DNA of 64,000 bases, from the NCBI GenBank assembly GCA_963744515.1, contig CAVUTN010000003.1:44703-108702 (forward strand), given 5' to 3'. A model generated the notes under the pieces. That model did not search any database and was not told where the DNA came from. It saw only the letters and a list, made by a program, of their open reading frames with translations. Positions 41,205 to 53,332 of the stretch are shown here, piece by piece (the stretch's first letter is position 1; every line of letters starts with the position of its first letter). This DNA comes from an uncultured Actinomycetes bacterium (GTDB lineage Bacteria > Actinomycetota > UBA4738 > HRBIN12). A program made the translations under genes and the position numbers.

Positions 41205-41813
41205 TCAGGCGATCGGGCGGGGACCGGTGGCACCGGGGTCGAGCCACTCGAGCTCGAACAGGCGCTCGTACCGCACGACGATGTCGCCCGCGACCCACAG
41301 GTCCGACGTCCATCCGGAGTCGAGCGAGGTGAACCGCCACCGGGTCGCGTCGAACGCGCCGACGGGCGTGCCGACCCGTTCGTCGCCCACGAGCTCGTAG
41401 CGCTGGCGGACGCGGCTGGGCTCGAGCGTGACCGGTTCGAGGTAGACGACGTCGATCTCGGCGGTGCCCGTGAGGCGGTGCGTCGTGATCGCGTTCGTGG
41501 TGGGCGTGAAGTAGTCGAGGTGGACGTCGGGGCCGTACGCGATCTCGATCGGTCGCCGGTCCCGGAACCCCTGCAACGTCTCGCCGCCCGGCGTGGGTTC
41601 GAGCAGGAGGTCGTGCTCGCCCGTGTCGATCCGGAGGCGGGCGAGCCGCCACGCCGCGTCCACCGCGAAGTCCAGCGTCTCGGCGTGCGGCGACGGGTCC
41701 GAGGTCTGGACCTGGCTGAACGAACGCCAGCCCATCGGACCGGGGGCGCACCGGAACTCCTCGGTCCCGACCGGCTCCCCGTCGTCCAGCACGGTGTAGC
41801 GACCGAACGGCAT
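41205..41813 (-). CDS. Hypothetical protein (intact); in an operon with 40484..41203 (1-nt spacing)
   Basis: MPFGRYTVLDDGEPVGTEEFRCAPGPMGWRSFSQVQTSDPSPHAETLDFAVDAAWRLARL... Confidence 0.55.
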   Translation of the reverse strand: MPFGRYTVLDDGEPVGTEEFRCAPGPMGWRSFSQVQTSDPSPHAETLDFAVDAAWRLARLRIDTGEHDLLLEPTPGGETLQGFRDRRPIEIAYGPDVHLDYFTPTTNAITTHRLTGTAEIDVVYLEPVTLEPSRVRQRYELVGDERVGTPVGAFDATRWRFTSLDSGWTSDLWVAGDIVVRYERLFELEWLDPGATGPRPIA

Positions 41814-41844
41814 CCGCCCAGCGTATCGGCGCGTTCGACGACCG

Positions 41845-42555
41845 ATGCGTCCCCGCAGGGCCACGCGTATCGTGAGCTCGGTGGAGGGGACGGCGGCGAG
41901 CGATCCGGAGGGAGGCGTCCAGACCGCGCACGGCGCCGCCGGTCGCCGGGTGCTGGTGTCGTTCGCGGCGGGTCTCGCGGCGTTCGCCGTCTCCGGGGTC
42001 GCGAAGCCGTGGCAGACGGCGGCGCTGATCGGATGGAACGTCGCGGCGACCGTCTTCATCGTCTGGATCTGGCTGATCGTCCGGGGGATGGACGGCGCGG
42101 CGACCGCGCAGCACGTGGTGATCGAGGATCTCTCGCGAGGGACGGCCGAACTCGTCCTGATCTTCGCGAGCGTGATCAGCCTGATCGGCGTGGGGCTCTC
42201 GCTCCTCGAGTCGTCCGACACCGGGGGCCTGGCCAAGGCCACGATCGTCGGGGTGGCCTCGGTGAGCGTCATCCTGTCCTGGGCGACCGTCCACACGGTC
42301 TTCACGCTGCGGTACGCGAGGCTGTATTACGCCGGCGGAGGTGGCATCGACTTCAACGAGGACCGCGCGCCCGGCTACAGGGACTTCGCGTACCTCGCGT
42401 TCACGATCGGGATGACGTACCAGGTCTCGGACACGTCGATCGGCTCGAAGACGATCCGCCGAACCGCCCTGCACCACGCGTACATGTCGTACCTGTTCGG
42501 CACCGTCGTCGTCGCGATGACGATCAACATCGTGGCGGGACTGTTCCGGCGCTAG
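41845..42555 (+). CDS. DUF1345-family integral membrane protein
   Basis: Intact ORF: ..LVSFAAGLAAFAVSGVAKPWQTAALIGWNVAATVFIVWIWLIV...YLAFTIGMTYQVSDTSI... Confidence 0.7.
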   Translation: MRPRRATRIVSSVEGTAASDPEGGVQTAHGAAGRRVLVSFAAGLAAFAVSGVAKPWQTAALIGWNVAATVFIVWIWLIVRGMDGAATAQHVVIEDLSRGTAELVLIFASVISLIGVGLSLLESSDTGGLAKATIVGVASVSVILSWATVHTVFTLRYARLYYAGGGGIDFNEDRAPGYRDFAYLAFTIGMTYQVSDTSIGSKTIRRTALHHAYMSYLFGTVVVAMTINIVAGLFRR

Positions 42556-42574
42556 CCGCGCGCGGGGCCCTCGC

Positions 42575-42943
42575 GTCACATCGGGCTGACGAGCTGGAAG
42601 TAGTTGTCGTCGGGGTCGGCGAACGTGGCGACCGACATCTCGGGCGCCTCGGCGCGTCACCGGTGTCGGGCGCGTATGGCTCCTGGATCACCTTCGCGCC
42701 GGCGGCCTTCAGGCGTTCGAAATCGCCCTTCACGTCGGCGGTCTCGATGTTCCAGATGATCCGGCCCGGGTTCGCGTTCTTGCCCTTGACCTCGGTGTGC
42801 GGGGAGACGGTGAACCCGCCGGTGCCGAGCTGCCACCAGGTGTACCCGCCCTCGCTGCCGGCCGGTGCCCCGAAGAGCTTGGTGTAGTAGTCCACCAGCG
42901 GCTTCGGGTCCTCGCTCCCGATCAGGACGCTGTTCAGGTTCAT
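42575..42943 (-). CDS. VOC (glyoxalase/bleomycin-resistance) family protein; C-terminal frame change
   Basis: MNLNSVLIGSEDPKPLVDYYTKLFGAPAGSEGGYTWWQLGTGGFTVSPHTEVKGKNANPGRIIWNIETADVKGDFERLKAAGAKVIQEPY. Confidence 0.6.
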
Positions 42944-43086
42944 GCGGTCCTCCTTCCTCCTCGGGGCATCGACCCCTCATGAGCAGGCTATCCCCGTTCC
43001 ACCGTTCGAGACCAGACGAGGTGGGGCGGCGGAATCATCGGTGAGGGGGATCCGGGGATCCGTCGAGCGGCAGACGTCCGAGCGGC

Positions 43087-44010
43087 TCAGGGCGAACGCG
43101 GCCGTCCGGCCCGGCCGAGCGCCCCCTCGAGCACGAGCGCTCCCTCCACCACGTTCTCGCCGAGGTAGATACCGTCGATGCGCTTGCGCGAGGCTGGCGT
43201 GACGAAGGCGTCCCCGGCGTAGAAGACGCGAACCGAGGGGAGCGCGTTCGCGGCGTCGATCGCCTCGACCGCGGCTCGCCGGGTCACGCGTCGCTGGGCG
43301 GTCACTACGGCGGCCAGGGCTCGCGAGCTCGTCACGGCCGAGACGAGCGCCGCGGCCGGCGTCATAGCGCCGAGGACCCGGCACGACCACCCGCGCCGGG
43401 CCAGGATCGCCGCGAACGCCTCGAGCCCGATCGTGTGGAGGTCGCTCGGACCGCAGGCCAGCACGATCGGGCCGCGCCGGAACGGCGGCGGCGCCATCGA
43501 GATCTCGACGCGCGAGCCACGTCCTCACGGCCTCGGTGGCGAGATGCTCCTGGCCGATGTCGCAGAGGCCGGCCTTCCAACGGGCACCGATCTCGCGCAT
43601 GGCGGGAAGCGCGACTCGCAGGATCGTCTCCTCGACACCGGATCGCTCGGCCGAGCGGTCGAGCGCCTCGCCCAGGCCGATGGAGTCGAGGTCGATCGCC
43701 GCCCGAACGATCGCGTCGAACGGATCGGCTTCGGGGGCGGTACCGGTCGTGGCGTTCCGGAGCCTCGCGACGGCATCCCTCGCGGAGAGACCCTTGATAA
43801 TGAGATCACGGAGAGCTCGGAGTTGCTCGACCTCGCCCGAGCGATAGCGGCGGTGGCGGCCGTTCGTCCTCGGGGGTGCGGGGAACCCGTACCGGCGCTC
43901 CCACGAGCGGATCGTCGGCACGGGGACGCCGAGGACCTCGGAGACGGCGGCGATCGAGACGCCTCGGGCCGGGAATGTCGTCGATCTTCGTCGATCGCCA
44001 TGCGGGTCAT
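43087..44010 (-). CDS. MerR-family transcriptional regulator with C-terminal B12-binding domain (CarH/LitR-like); frameshifted
   Basis: ..[48 protein letters not shown].. is the MerR HTH. ..[47 protein letters not shown].. is a cobalamin-binding Rossmann-like fold. Confidence 0.6.
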
Positions 44011-44145
44011 GGTAGCCGGCATGGGCACTCGGCGCATGGATTTTCACGCAGGAACCTATGCAGATATGCCATTTGGCAAGCCAATCATGCATGGTTTCCG
44101 AAACACTGTCCAGAGAGCCCATCGGGGGCTCGGACAGAAGGAGGG

Positions 44146-44736
44146 ATGGACATGCGCACAGGCAAGCTCATGCTCGTCGGGGTCGCCGCGTTCGCGATCC
44201 TGCTCGGCTGCCTGCAGCAGCGGGGACGACGACCCGACGGCTTCCGCCACGGGGTCGAACGGGTCATCGACCGGCGATCCACGACTGCGGCCGACTACAG
44301 GCTCGATGACGATCACCGAGATCGTCGCGGACAACCCCGACTTCTCCACGTTGCTGACGGCCGTCGGCGAGGCAGGCCTGGCCGAGACCCTGTCGGGGGA
44401 CGGGCCGTTCACGGTGTTCGCGCCAACCGACGAGGCGTTCGCGGCCCTGCCCGCGGGGACGCTGGACACGCTGCTCGAAGCCGGTCGAACCGGGATCAGC
44501 TCGCGGCGATCCTGACGTACCACGTCGTGCCGGCGGAGGTCATGGCCGCCGACGTCACGTCCCGGCGAGGTCACCACGGTCAACGGGGCGACGTTCACGG
44601 TGTCGACCGACGGCGGCAGCCGTCGTCATCACGGACGGAGAGGGGAACGAGGCCATCCGTGACGCAGACGGACATCGTCGCCTCGAACGGCGTGATCCAC
44701 GTGATCGACTCGGTGCTGCTGCCCCCCACGGCCTAG
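44146..44736 (+). CDS. Secreted fasciclin (FAS1) domain lipoprotein; ≥3 frame changes
   Basis: RBS AAGGAGGG. M(D)[20 protein letters not shown]...; ..[56 protein letters not shown]..; ..[11 protein letters not shown]..; ..[22 protein letters not shown]. Confidence 0.65.
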   Translation: MDMRTGKLMLVGVAAFAILLGCLQQRGRRPDGFRHGVERVIDRRSTTAADYRLDDDHRDRRGQPRLLHVADGRRRGRPGRDPVGGRAVHGVRANRRGVRGPARGDAGHAARSRSNRDQLAAILTYHVVPAEVMAADVTSRRGHHGQRGDVHGVDRRRQPSSSRTERGTRPSVTQTDIVASNGVIHVIDSVLLPPTA

Positions 44737-44790
44737 TCGATCCGCGGTTCGGCCGGCGGGGGCTTGTGGCTCCCGCCGGCCGAACCTACG

Positions 44791-45327
44791 TCAGGTCAGC
44801 ACGAGGATCAGCATCGCGACCACGGCCGCGGGGATCTCGACGACGGCCGCGAGCGCGGCGAAGAACGACGCGAGCAGGATCGCCGGACGCAGAGGCGATC
44901 GCGACGGCCGCGTACGGCGACAGGGCGTCGCGCGACCCGAGGACCACGCGGGCGAGGCGGATCATCGACACGAGGACGCCGAGGATGCCCCGCCGTGGCG
45001 AGCCGGATGGTGGTCGGCGCACGTCCGCTCGCGCGGTCGCGGAGGTCGGCCGGGAGCGCTCGGGTGCGTTCGGGGAGCCGACCCAGGTCGCGAAGGCTCG
45101 CGACGAAAGCGAGCAGCACCGCGGCGGGCGACGAGCAGGACCGCGAGCACCACGAGGCGGGCGACCCATCGTCGGTCGCGGGCGGCGGGGCGTCGGCCAC
45201 CCACACGAGCCACGCAACCGAGACCGCGCGCGCCGAGCCGATCGCGAGGAGCGTGAGCCCGCGGAGCACCCTCGCGCGCGATCTCGAACACCCGGCGCAG
45301 GGCGGCCGAGGCGCGGTCGGTCCTCGT
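44791..45327 (-). CDS. Hypothetical membrane protein (low confidence; frames unresolved)
   Basis: Hydrophobic stretches (..LAFVASL.., ..ILGVLVSMIRLARVVL.., C-terminal ..AAVVEIPAAVVAMLILVLT) are spread across three minus-strand frames. Confidence 0.25.
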
Positions 45328-45406
45328 CATCGTCCGCGGCTCGTCCATCTACGTTGGTCTACCCACGGAGCCGGGCGGCGAACGGGCCGTCGAGACGGCG
45401 CCAGCC

Positions 45407-46067
45407 CTACCAGGGGACGCCGGCGGCCGACGCGAGGAACGTCATCAGCGGCGAGATCCGCTCGCAGTCCTTCACGAACGTCGCCATGAAGGTCGTCGAG
45501 GTGACCTGCTTGTCCGTGAGCAGGACCGACCCCGTGAAGCTCTTGCGCTTGATGTCCTCGATCATCGGGTGATCCGCGTCGAAACCCCTGGGCGGCCGCT
45601 TCAGCGTCTCCTCGGAGTGGTCGAGCTTCCCGCGGGCCTTCGACCACTCCGATGGGCTTGTCCGCGATCCGCTGCCGGATCGCCTGGAGGACCTCGGGCT
45701 CGGGCATCCACATCCCGCCGGCGACGAAGCACTCGCCGGGCTCCAGATGCAGGTAGTAGCCGGGACCGTGGACGCCCTTGCCGCCGAGCTGGAAGTGCGC
45801 GCCGGCGTGCGTCTTGTACGGGCTCTTGTCCTTCGAGAAGCGGACGTCGCGGTGGATCCGGAACAGCGACCCGCCGGACGGCCGCGGATCGGCGACGAGG
45901 TTCGGGCTGATCGTGCGGAGCTCGGGGCCGACGTCCGAGATGAAGTCGAGGAACGGCTGCCGGAGCGACCGCTCGTAGCGCTCCTTGTGCTCGTTGAACC
46001 ACGCTCGGTCGTTGTGGCGCTTCAGGTCACGCAGGAACGCGAGCGCGTCGTCGTCGAAGTACCTCAT
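45407..46067 (-). CDS. TIGR02453/DUF2461-family protein; frame change near 45610
   Basis: MRYFDDDALAFLRDLKRHNDRAWFNEHKERYERSLRQPFLDFISDVGPEL...RIHRDVRFSKDKSPYKTHAGAHF..; the C-terminus ..KRKSFTGSVLLTDKQVTSTTF.. is in another frame. Confidence 0.6.
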
Positions 46068-46144
46068 CCCACACCTCCGCGGCTCACCCGTCCGGGACGA
46101 TGCCATGATGGCAGCCCCGGCGGACATGGGTGGAGACGCAGCCG

Positions 46145-47015
46145 ATGGCGATCACGGACGAACGGACCTTCGGCGGACAGACGCAGGTGGCGCCGCTCCG
46201 CCGCGTGCTCGTGCGCGCCCCCGAACCCGCGGCGCTGGCGCGGTGGCGCGCGTTCGGGTGGCTCGCCGAACCCGACCCCGCGATCGCCGCCGAACAGCAC
46301 GAGGCGCTCTGCGAGCTCCTCCGCGGCGCGGGCGCCGAGGTCGTCTACGCGGCCGGCGACGTCGCGGACGATCCCGACGCGGTCTACGTGTTCGACCCGG
46401 TGATCGTGTCCGACCGCGGCGCGCTGCTCCTGCGGCCGGGCAAGGAGGGTCGTCGCGTCGAGCCGCCGGCGATCGCCGAGGACCTGCGGGCGCTCGGCGT
46501 GCCGATCGCGTTCGAGATGCGGGAGCCGGCGACCGCCGAGGGCGGCGACACGATGTGGCTCGACGAGCGCACGCTCCTGGTCGGCCGCAGCTACCGGACC
46601 AACGACGCCGGCATCCAAGCGTTGCGCGGCGCGTTGCCCGAGGTCGCAGGTGGTCGCGTTCGACCTGCCGCGGGTGCAGGGGCCCGACGCCTGCCTCCAC
46701 CTGTTGTCGCTGCTGTCGCCGCTCGACGTGGACCTCGTGGTCGCCTACCCGCCGCTGATGCCGATCCGGCTGCTCGAGCTGCTCGCCGAGCGCGGGATCT
46801 CGATCGTCGAGGTGCCCGAGGAGGAGTTCGCGTCGATGGGGCCGAACGTCCTCGCGCTCGCCCCGCGCGTCGCCGTGGCCGTCGACGGCAATCCCGAGAC
46901 GCGCCGGCGGATGGAGGCGGCGGGCGTCGACGTCTCGGTGTTCGAGGGCTCGGAGATCTCGCACAAGGGCGAGGGCGGACCCACCTGTCTCACGCGGCCC
47001 CTGCTCCGAGGGTGA
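46145..47015 (+). CDS. Amidinotransferase-fold enzyme (dimethylarginine dimethylaminohydrolase/arginine deiminase-like); frame change near 46640
   Basis: MAITDERTFGGQTQVAPLRRVLVRAP..VYVFDPVIVSD..LLRPGKEGRRVEP..EGGDTMWLDERTLLVGRSYRTN.. then ..VVAFDLPRVQGPDACLHLLSLLSPLDVDLVVAYP. Confidence 0.6.
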
Positions 47016-47061
47016 CGCGAACGCCCGGCGGCGCTGCGGGCCAACGTAGACTCCGTCCCGT

Positions 47062-50000
47062 GGAGGTCCGCAAGACGGTCACGGTGTTGTTCGCGGACAT
47101 CTCCGGCTCGACCGCGCTCGGGAACGGCTCGACCCGGAGTCCCTGCGCGGCATCATGTCCCGCTACTTCGAGGAGATGCGCTCGGCGATCGAGCAGCACG
47201 GCGGGACGGTCGAGAAGTTCATCGGCGACGCCGTCATGGCCGTCTTCGGCGTGCCGACGGTCCACGAGGACGACGCGCTCCGCGCGGTGCGCGCCGCGTC
47301 GCAGATGCGCGAGCTCCTCGCGACCCTGAACGCCGAGCTCGAGCGCGACTTCGGCGCCCGGCTCCAGATCAGGATCGGGATCAACACCGGCGAGGTCGTC
47401 GCCGGCGACCCCTCCGCCGGCGAGACGTTCGTGACCGGCGACACGGTGAACGTCGCCGCGCGGTTCGAGCAGACCGCCGAGCCGGGCGAGATCGTGTTCG
47501 GCGAGGAGACGCACCGGCTGGTCCGCGACGCCGTCCACGTCGAGCCCGTCGAGCCGCTCGAGCTCAAGGGCAAGACCGACCGGGTCCCCGCGTTCCGGCT
47601 CGTCGACGTGACGCCCGGCGCGCCGGCGTTCGCGCGGCGGCTGGACTCGCCGCTCGTCGGGCGCGAGGAGGAGCTCGGCCGTCTGCAGCGAGCGTTCGAC
47701 GAGGCGGTCGCAGAGCGCGCGTGCCGGATGGTCACCGTCCTGGGCGACGCCGGGCTGGGCAAGTCGCGCTTGGCGACCGAGCTCGTCGCGCGCGTCGGCG
47801 ATCGCGCGCGGGTGCTGTGGGCCCGGTGCCTGCCGTACGGCGAGGGCATCACGTTCTGGCCGGTCGCCGAGCTGGTCAAGGAGGCCGCGGCGATCGACGA
47901 GACGGACGCGCCGGACGCCGCGCGCTCCAAGCTGCGCGCGCTCGTCGCGGACGTCGAGGACGGCGCCGAGGTCGCCGAACGCGTCTCGGCCGCGATCGGA
48001 CTCGGCGAGGACGGCGCGGCGGCGGCGACATCCAGGAGACGTTCTGGGCGGTGCGCCGCCTGCTCGAGATCCTCGCGGCGGACAGCGCCGCTCGTCGTGC
48101 TGTTCGAGGACATCCACTGGGCCGAGCCGACCTTCCTCGACCTGCTGCAGTACGTCACGAGGTTCAGCGCCGAGCACCCGCTGCTCCTCGTCTGCACGTC
48201 CCGCCCCGACCTCCGCGAGACCCGCCGGACTGGAGCACCCTCGGGCGAGACGATCGTCCTCGAGCCGCTCAGCGAGGACCAGAGCGCCGACCTGATCGCG
48301 AACCTGCTCGGCACGGTCGGGCTCCCGGCCGACGTCCAGGCGCGGATCACCGAGGCGGCCGAGGGCAACCCGCTGTTCGTCGAGGAGATGCTCCGCAAGC
48401 TGATCGACGAGCGGCTGCTCGAGCGTGACAACGGCCACTGGTCGGCGAGCGGCGACCTGTCGGAGGTCTCGGTCCCCGGGACGATCAACGCGCTGCTCGC
48501 GGCGCGGCTCGATCAGCTCGAGCCGAGGAGCGCGCCGTGATCCAGCGGGCCTCGGTCGTCGGCAAGGTCTTCTGGTGGGGCGCGGTGACCGAGCTGTCAC
48601 CGGAGGACGACCGGCCGCGCGTCGGCTCGAACCTGCAGACGCTCCTGCGCAAGGAGCTCGTGCACCCGGACCGCTCCGGGTTCGCCGGGGAGGACGCGTT
48701 CCGGTTCAGCCACATCCTGGTCCGCGACGCGGCGTACGGTTCGATGCCGAAGCGGTCGCGGGCGGATCTGCACCAGCGCTTCGCCGGCTGGCTCGAACGC
48801 AAGGCGGGCGACCGGATCGCCGAGTTCGAGGAGATCGTCGGCTACCACCTCGAACACGCGTACCGGTACGAGGCCGAGCTCGGGCCGGTCGACGACGAGG
48901 CGCGCGCGGTCGCGGAGGCGGCCGCCGAACGGCTCGCCGCGGCCGGGCCGCCGGGCGCTCGCGACCTGGGACCTCTCGGCGACCGTGAACCTGCTCTCCC
49001 GCGCGGTCGACCTGCTCCCGGCGAACGATCCGCGCCGCCTCGACCTCCTGCGCGACCTCGGGTTGGCGCTCGCGCAGTCGGACATCCCGCGGGCGGAGGC
49101 CGTCCTGACCGAAGCCGTCGAAGGCGCCCGGGCGGTCGGCGACGCCGTGCTGGAGGCGCGCGCCGGGGTTCGGCGGGTGTTCGTCCGGCTGCTGCTGGAC
49201 CCGGACATCAACCAGATCGAGGCGCTGCGACGAGGTCGAGGGGTACCTGGCGCGCTTCGAGGAGTGGAACGACGACCTCGGTCTGGCCGAGGCAGGCAGC
49301 CTCATCGGCATGATCCAGGTTCTGGCAGGGCCGGGCCGGCGACAGCGAGACGCATTTCGAGCGGGCGTTGGAGCACGCCGGGCGGGCCGGCGACCGCCGC
49401 GTGGAGGCCGAGATCCTGCGGAGGTGGGCGCTCGCCATCGACCAAGGTCCCACGCCCGCCGACGAGGGGCTCCGCCGCCTGGCCGCCGTCCTGGAACAGA
49501 GTCACGGCGATCGGAAGGTCGAGATCGGCGTGAGCCGCGCGCGCGCCGGGCTCCAGGCGATGAGCGGACGGTTCCCCGAGGCGCGCGAGCTCATCGCGCA
49601 CGCGAAGGCGCTGGCCCTCGAGCTCGGCGACCAGGTCGCGCTCGCGGCGGTGTTCCGCGACGCCGGGCACGTGGAGACGCTCGCCGGCGATCCGGTGGCG
49701 GCGGAAGCGTGGATGCGATCGGGGCTCGACATCCTCGAGCGCATCAGCGACCACGGTCACCTCGCGAGCGCCGCCCCGGATCTGGGCGATGCGGTCTACG
49801 CGCAGGGTCGGTTCGATGAGGCCGCCGAGATGGCCGAGATGGCCGAACGGTTCACGATCGAGGGCGACGTCGACGCCCAGGTTCGCGGGACCCAGCTCCG
49901 CGCCAAGGTGCTGGCGCGGAGCGGCAGGTTCGAGGAGGCCATGACCCGCTCGGAGGAGGCCGCGCGTCTGGCCGCGGGGACCGACTACCTCGAGCTCCAC

Positions 50001-50159
50001 GCGCACGCGCTCATGAGCCAGACCGAGGTCCTCCGGCTCGCAGGCCGAACCGAGCAGGCGGCCTCGACGCTGCGGGCCGCGATCGAGCTGCTGCGGCGCA
50101 AAGGCAACGTCGTCGAGGAGGCTCGGGCCGTCGCGATGCTCGAGGAGCTCGGGTCTTGA
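47062..50159 (+). CDS. Second adenylate/guanylate cyclase–AAA ATPase–TPR regulator (paralog of 9381..12815, no zinc ribbon); ≥4 frame changes
   Basis: GTG start VEVRKTVTVLFADISGS..; ..FIGDAVMAVFGVP..; Walker A LGDAGLGKS; ..LLLVCTSRPDL..EGNPLFVEEMLRKLID..; ..VVGKVFWWGAV..; TPR-like C-terminus ending LEELGS. Confidence 0.7.
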
Positions 50160-50169
50160 GCGGTCGCGA

Positions 50170-51108
50170 TCAGAGCTCGCGGATCTCGGCTCGCGCGGCG
50201 AGCACGTCGGCCCTGGCGGCGTCGAGCGCGCCCGCGCCGGGGAGCTCGGCGTTCGCGGCCGCCGCACCGAGCGCGAGCCGCGAGCGCGTCCGGAAGGGAT
50301 CTCCGCGCTCGAGCCCCACGACCAGGCCCGCGAGGAACGCGTCCCCGCTGCCGACCGGGTACCGCCCCCGCTCGTAGAGCACGCCCTCGTACCGGGTGCC
50401 GTCGGGAGCCGCGACCGTGACCCCGTCCGCCCCCCGGGTCACGATCCCTGCGTGGTCGCCGCCGCCGGCGAGCTCCCGGAGCTGCGCGGAAGCGGCCAGC
50501 GCCTCCTCGCGGGTGCTGGCGGGTTCGCCGAGCAGGCCCGCCGCCTCCGCGGCGTTCACCTTCACGATCTCCGGTCCCGCCTCTGCGGCGAGACGCAGCG
50601 GCTCGCCCTCGGCGTCCAGCGCCACCCGCATCCCCGCCGCTCGCGCCTCCGCGACCAGGTCGCGGTAGCCGTCGTCGGACAGCCCCTGCGGGATCGAGCC
50701 CGAGATCGTGAGCCAACCGCCGGGGCGGAACAGCCGGCTCGCGGCCTCCGCGAGCTCGGTCCACGCGGCCTCCGGCGTCACCGGCCCGTGTTCGTAGAAC
50801 TCCGTGAGACCGCCCGTCCGGCGGTCGGCGACCGACAGGGACGACCGGTTCTCACCGTGGGTCCAGACGAACGCGCCGCCGATCCCCTCGGCCTGCAGGG
50901 TCTCCTCCAGCCATCTCCCCGCGTGACCGCGCAGGATCGCGACGACCCGCACGTCGCCACCGAGCCGGTGCGCGGCGCGCGCCGCGTTCAGCCCCTTGCC
51001 GCCGGCGGTCTGGACGAACCCGAGCGGACGGTGGATCCCGCCGGCCACCAACCGTTCGACCTCGAACAGCTTGTCGATCGAAGGGTTCGCGGCAACGCAC
51101 ACGATCAC
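50170..51108 (-). CDS. 1-phosphofructokinase / tagatose-6-phosphate kinase (PfkB family)
   Basis: Intact: VIVCVAANPSIDKLFEV..GGKGLNAARAAHRLG...VKVNAAEAAGLLG...GSGDAFLAGLVVG. GTG start. Confidence 0.8.
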   Translation of the reverse strand: MIVCVAANPSIDKLFEVERLVAGGIHRPLGFVQTAGGKGLNAARAAHRLGGDVRVVAILRGHAGRWLEETLQAEGIGGAFVWTHGENRSSLSVADRRTGGLTEFYEHGPVTPEAAWTELAEAASRLFRPGGWLTISGSIPQGLSDDGYRDLVAEARAAGMRVALDAEGEPLRLAAEAGPEIVKVNAAEAAGLLGEPASTREEALAASAQLRELAGGGDHAGIVTRGADGVTVAAPDGTRYEGVLYERGRYPVGSGDAFLAGLVVGLERGDPFRTRSRLALGAAAANAELPGAGALDAARADVLAARAEIREL

Positions 51109-51168
51109 GCCGGGAACGTTACCCGTCGAGGTCGACGCCCCGCTCGGTCGGGTGCCAGACTCGCGGGC

Positions 51169-52483
51169 GTGGCGAAGGTCACGATCATCGGTGCGGGCAG
51201 CGTCGAGTTCACGAGAGGGATCCTCGCGGACCTGTGCGCGTACGAGGAGCTGCACGGGACGCTCGAGATCGCCCTCCACGACATCGACGCCGAACGTCTG
51301 GCCTACGCGCTCCTCGCGGCCGACCAGCTCGTCGAGCGCTCGGACGCCGGGTACCGGGTCTCGGCGCACGAGTCGCGGGCGTCCGCGTTCGACGGCGCCG
51401 ACTACCTGATCAACGAGATCCAGGTCGGCGGGTACCCGGCGACGCGGACCGACTTCGACGTCCCGAAGACGTTCGGGCTGCGCCAGACGATCGGCGACAC
51501 GATCGGCATCGGCGGCATCATGCGGGGTCTCCGCACGATCCCCGTCATGATCGAGATGGCCGACGAGATGGTCGAGCGGTGCCCCGACGGCCTCCTGCTC
51601 AACTACACGAACCCGATGGCGATGGTGCCCTGGGGGATCTGGAGCGGTTCGCGCCTGCCGCGCCGGCAACGTCGTCGGCGTCTGCCACAGCGTCCGCGAC
51701 ACGCACGCGTTCCTCGCGCGGACGGTCGGCGTGCCGGAGGAGCGGGTCGAGTTCCGGACCGCGGGCTTCAACCACCAGTGCTTCGTCTACGTGTTCCGGG
51801 ACCGCGAGACCGGCGAGGACCTGTACCCGCGGCTGCGCGCGATCGTCGAGGCCGACCCCGAAGGTCTCGGGCGTCGGGTCCGCGTCGAGCTGTTCCGGCG
51901 GTTCGGGTACTTCCCGACCGAGTCCTCCGAGCACAGCGCCGAATACGTGCCGTGGTTCCTGCACCGCGACGACCAGATCGAGCGGTACCGGATCGAGGTC
52001 GACGAGTACCTGCGTCGCTCCGAGGAGAACCTCGCCGAGTGGGAAGGGATCAAGCGCGCGCTCGACGCCGGCGAGGACCTCGAGGTCGAGCGCAACGACG
52101 AGCTCGCGAGCCAGTTCGTCCGGGCGCTCGAGACCGGCGCCGAGACCGAGCTCTACGGGAACGTCCGCAACGACGGGTCGATCGAGGGTCTGCCCGACGA
52201 CGCCTGCATCGAGGTGCCGGTGCGGGTCGGTCGCGACGGCGTCGAGCCGGCGCGGTTCGGCGCGATCCCGCCGCAGTGCCTGGCGCTCAACCGGACGTTC
52301 CTGAACGTCGTCGAGCTCACGGTCCGCGCGGTCGTCGAGGGCTCGCGCGACCTCGTCTACCAGGCCGCGCTCGTCGACCCGAACACGGCCGCCACGCTCA
52401 CCGTCGAGGCGATCGTCGAGATGGTCGACGAGCTGATCGACGCGCACGGAGAACTGATCCCCGAACCGATCCGCCGCGGCTAG
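51169..52483 (+). CDS. GH4-family NAD(+)/Mn-dependent glycosidase (alpha-glucosidase/alpha-galactosidase-like); frame change near 51650
   Basis: VAKVTIIGAGSVEFTRGILADL...LLNYTNPMAMV.. then ..EFRTAGFNHQCFVYVFRD..SEHSAEYVPWFLHRDDQIERY... GTG start 60 bp from the divergent PfkB gene. Confidence 0.7.
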
Positions 52484-52489
52484 CGCCGT

Positions 52490-53246
52490 CGCGACGGTCA
52501 CCGCGACCCCGGCGGCCGTCAGCTCGCCGAGCATCGCCGCGGGGGCATCCTCGTCCGTGATCAGCTCGTCGACCGCGTCGAGCGCGCAGATCTGTGCGAA
52601 CGCCACCCGGCCGAGCTTGGAGCTGTCGGCCACGACGACCACCGATCGGGCGCGTTCGATCATCGTCCGGTTGGTGTGGGCCTCGATCTCGTGGTGGGTG
52701 GTGAGCCCCGCCTCGAGCGAGATGCCGTCGACGCCGACGAACGCCACGTCCAGGTTCAGGCGTTCGAGCGCCTGCTCGGCGACGGGCCCCACGAGCTCGT
52801 AGGACTCGGGCCGCGCGGTCCCGCCCGTCACGACGAGCTTCAGGTCGGCGCGGATCGCGAGCTCGCCGGCGATGTTGAGGGCGTTGGTGACGACGGTGAT
52901 CCCGCGCCGGTCCGAGGAACGCCCGCGCGACCTCCGTCGTGGTCGTCCCGCCCGTCAGCCCGACCACGGCACCGTCGGCCACGCGCGTCGCGGCCTCCGC
53001 GGCGATCCGCTGCTTCTCCGCCTGGTGGCGCGCGGCCTTGTACCGCAGCGGCAGCTCGTACAGGACGTCGTGCGCGACCGCGCCGCCGTGCGTGCGCGAG
53101 AGCATCCGCTGCTCCTCGAGGAGCTGGAGATCGCGCCGGACCGTGGCCGCCGAGACGCCGAGACGTTCGACCAGCGCGGTCACGTCGACCGTGCCATCGG
53201 CCGCGAGGGCCTCCATCACCGCCGCCACCCGCTCGGTCTGCCGCAT
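52490..53246 (-). CDS. DeoR/GlpR-family transcriptional regulator; frameshifted
   Basis: MRQTERVAAVMEALAADGTVDVTALVERLGVSAATVRRDLQLLEEQRMLSRTHGGAV.. is the HTH. ..VVGLTGGTTTTEVA.. ..GVDGISLEAGLTTHHEIEAHTNRTMIERARSVVVVADSSKLGRVAFAQI... Confidence 0.65.
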
Positions 53247-53332
53247 CGAGCGCGAGCATACCCCCGTCGATGCGCGGTTCCGGCCGAGCCGCGCTTGACC
53301 GGATGCTCGTTCGTGATCTAGTTTGCTCTGGA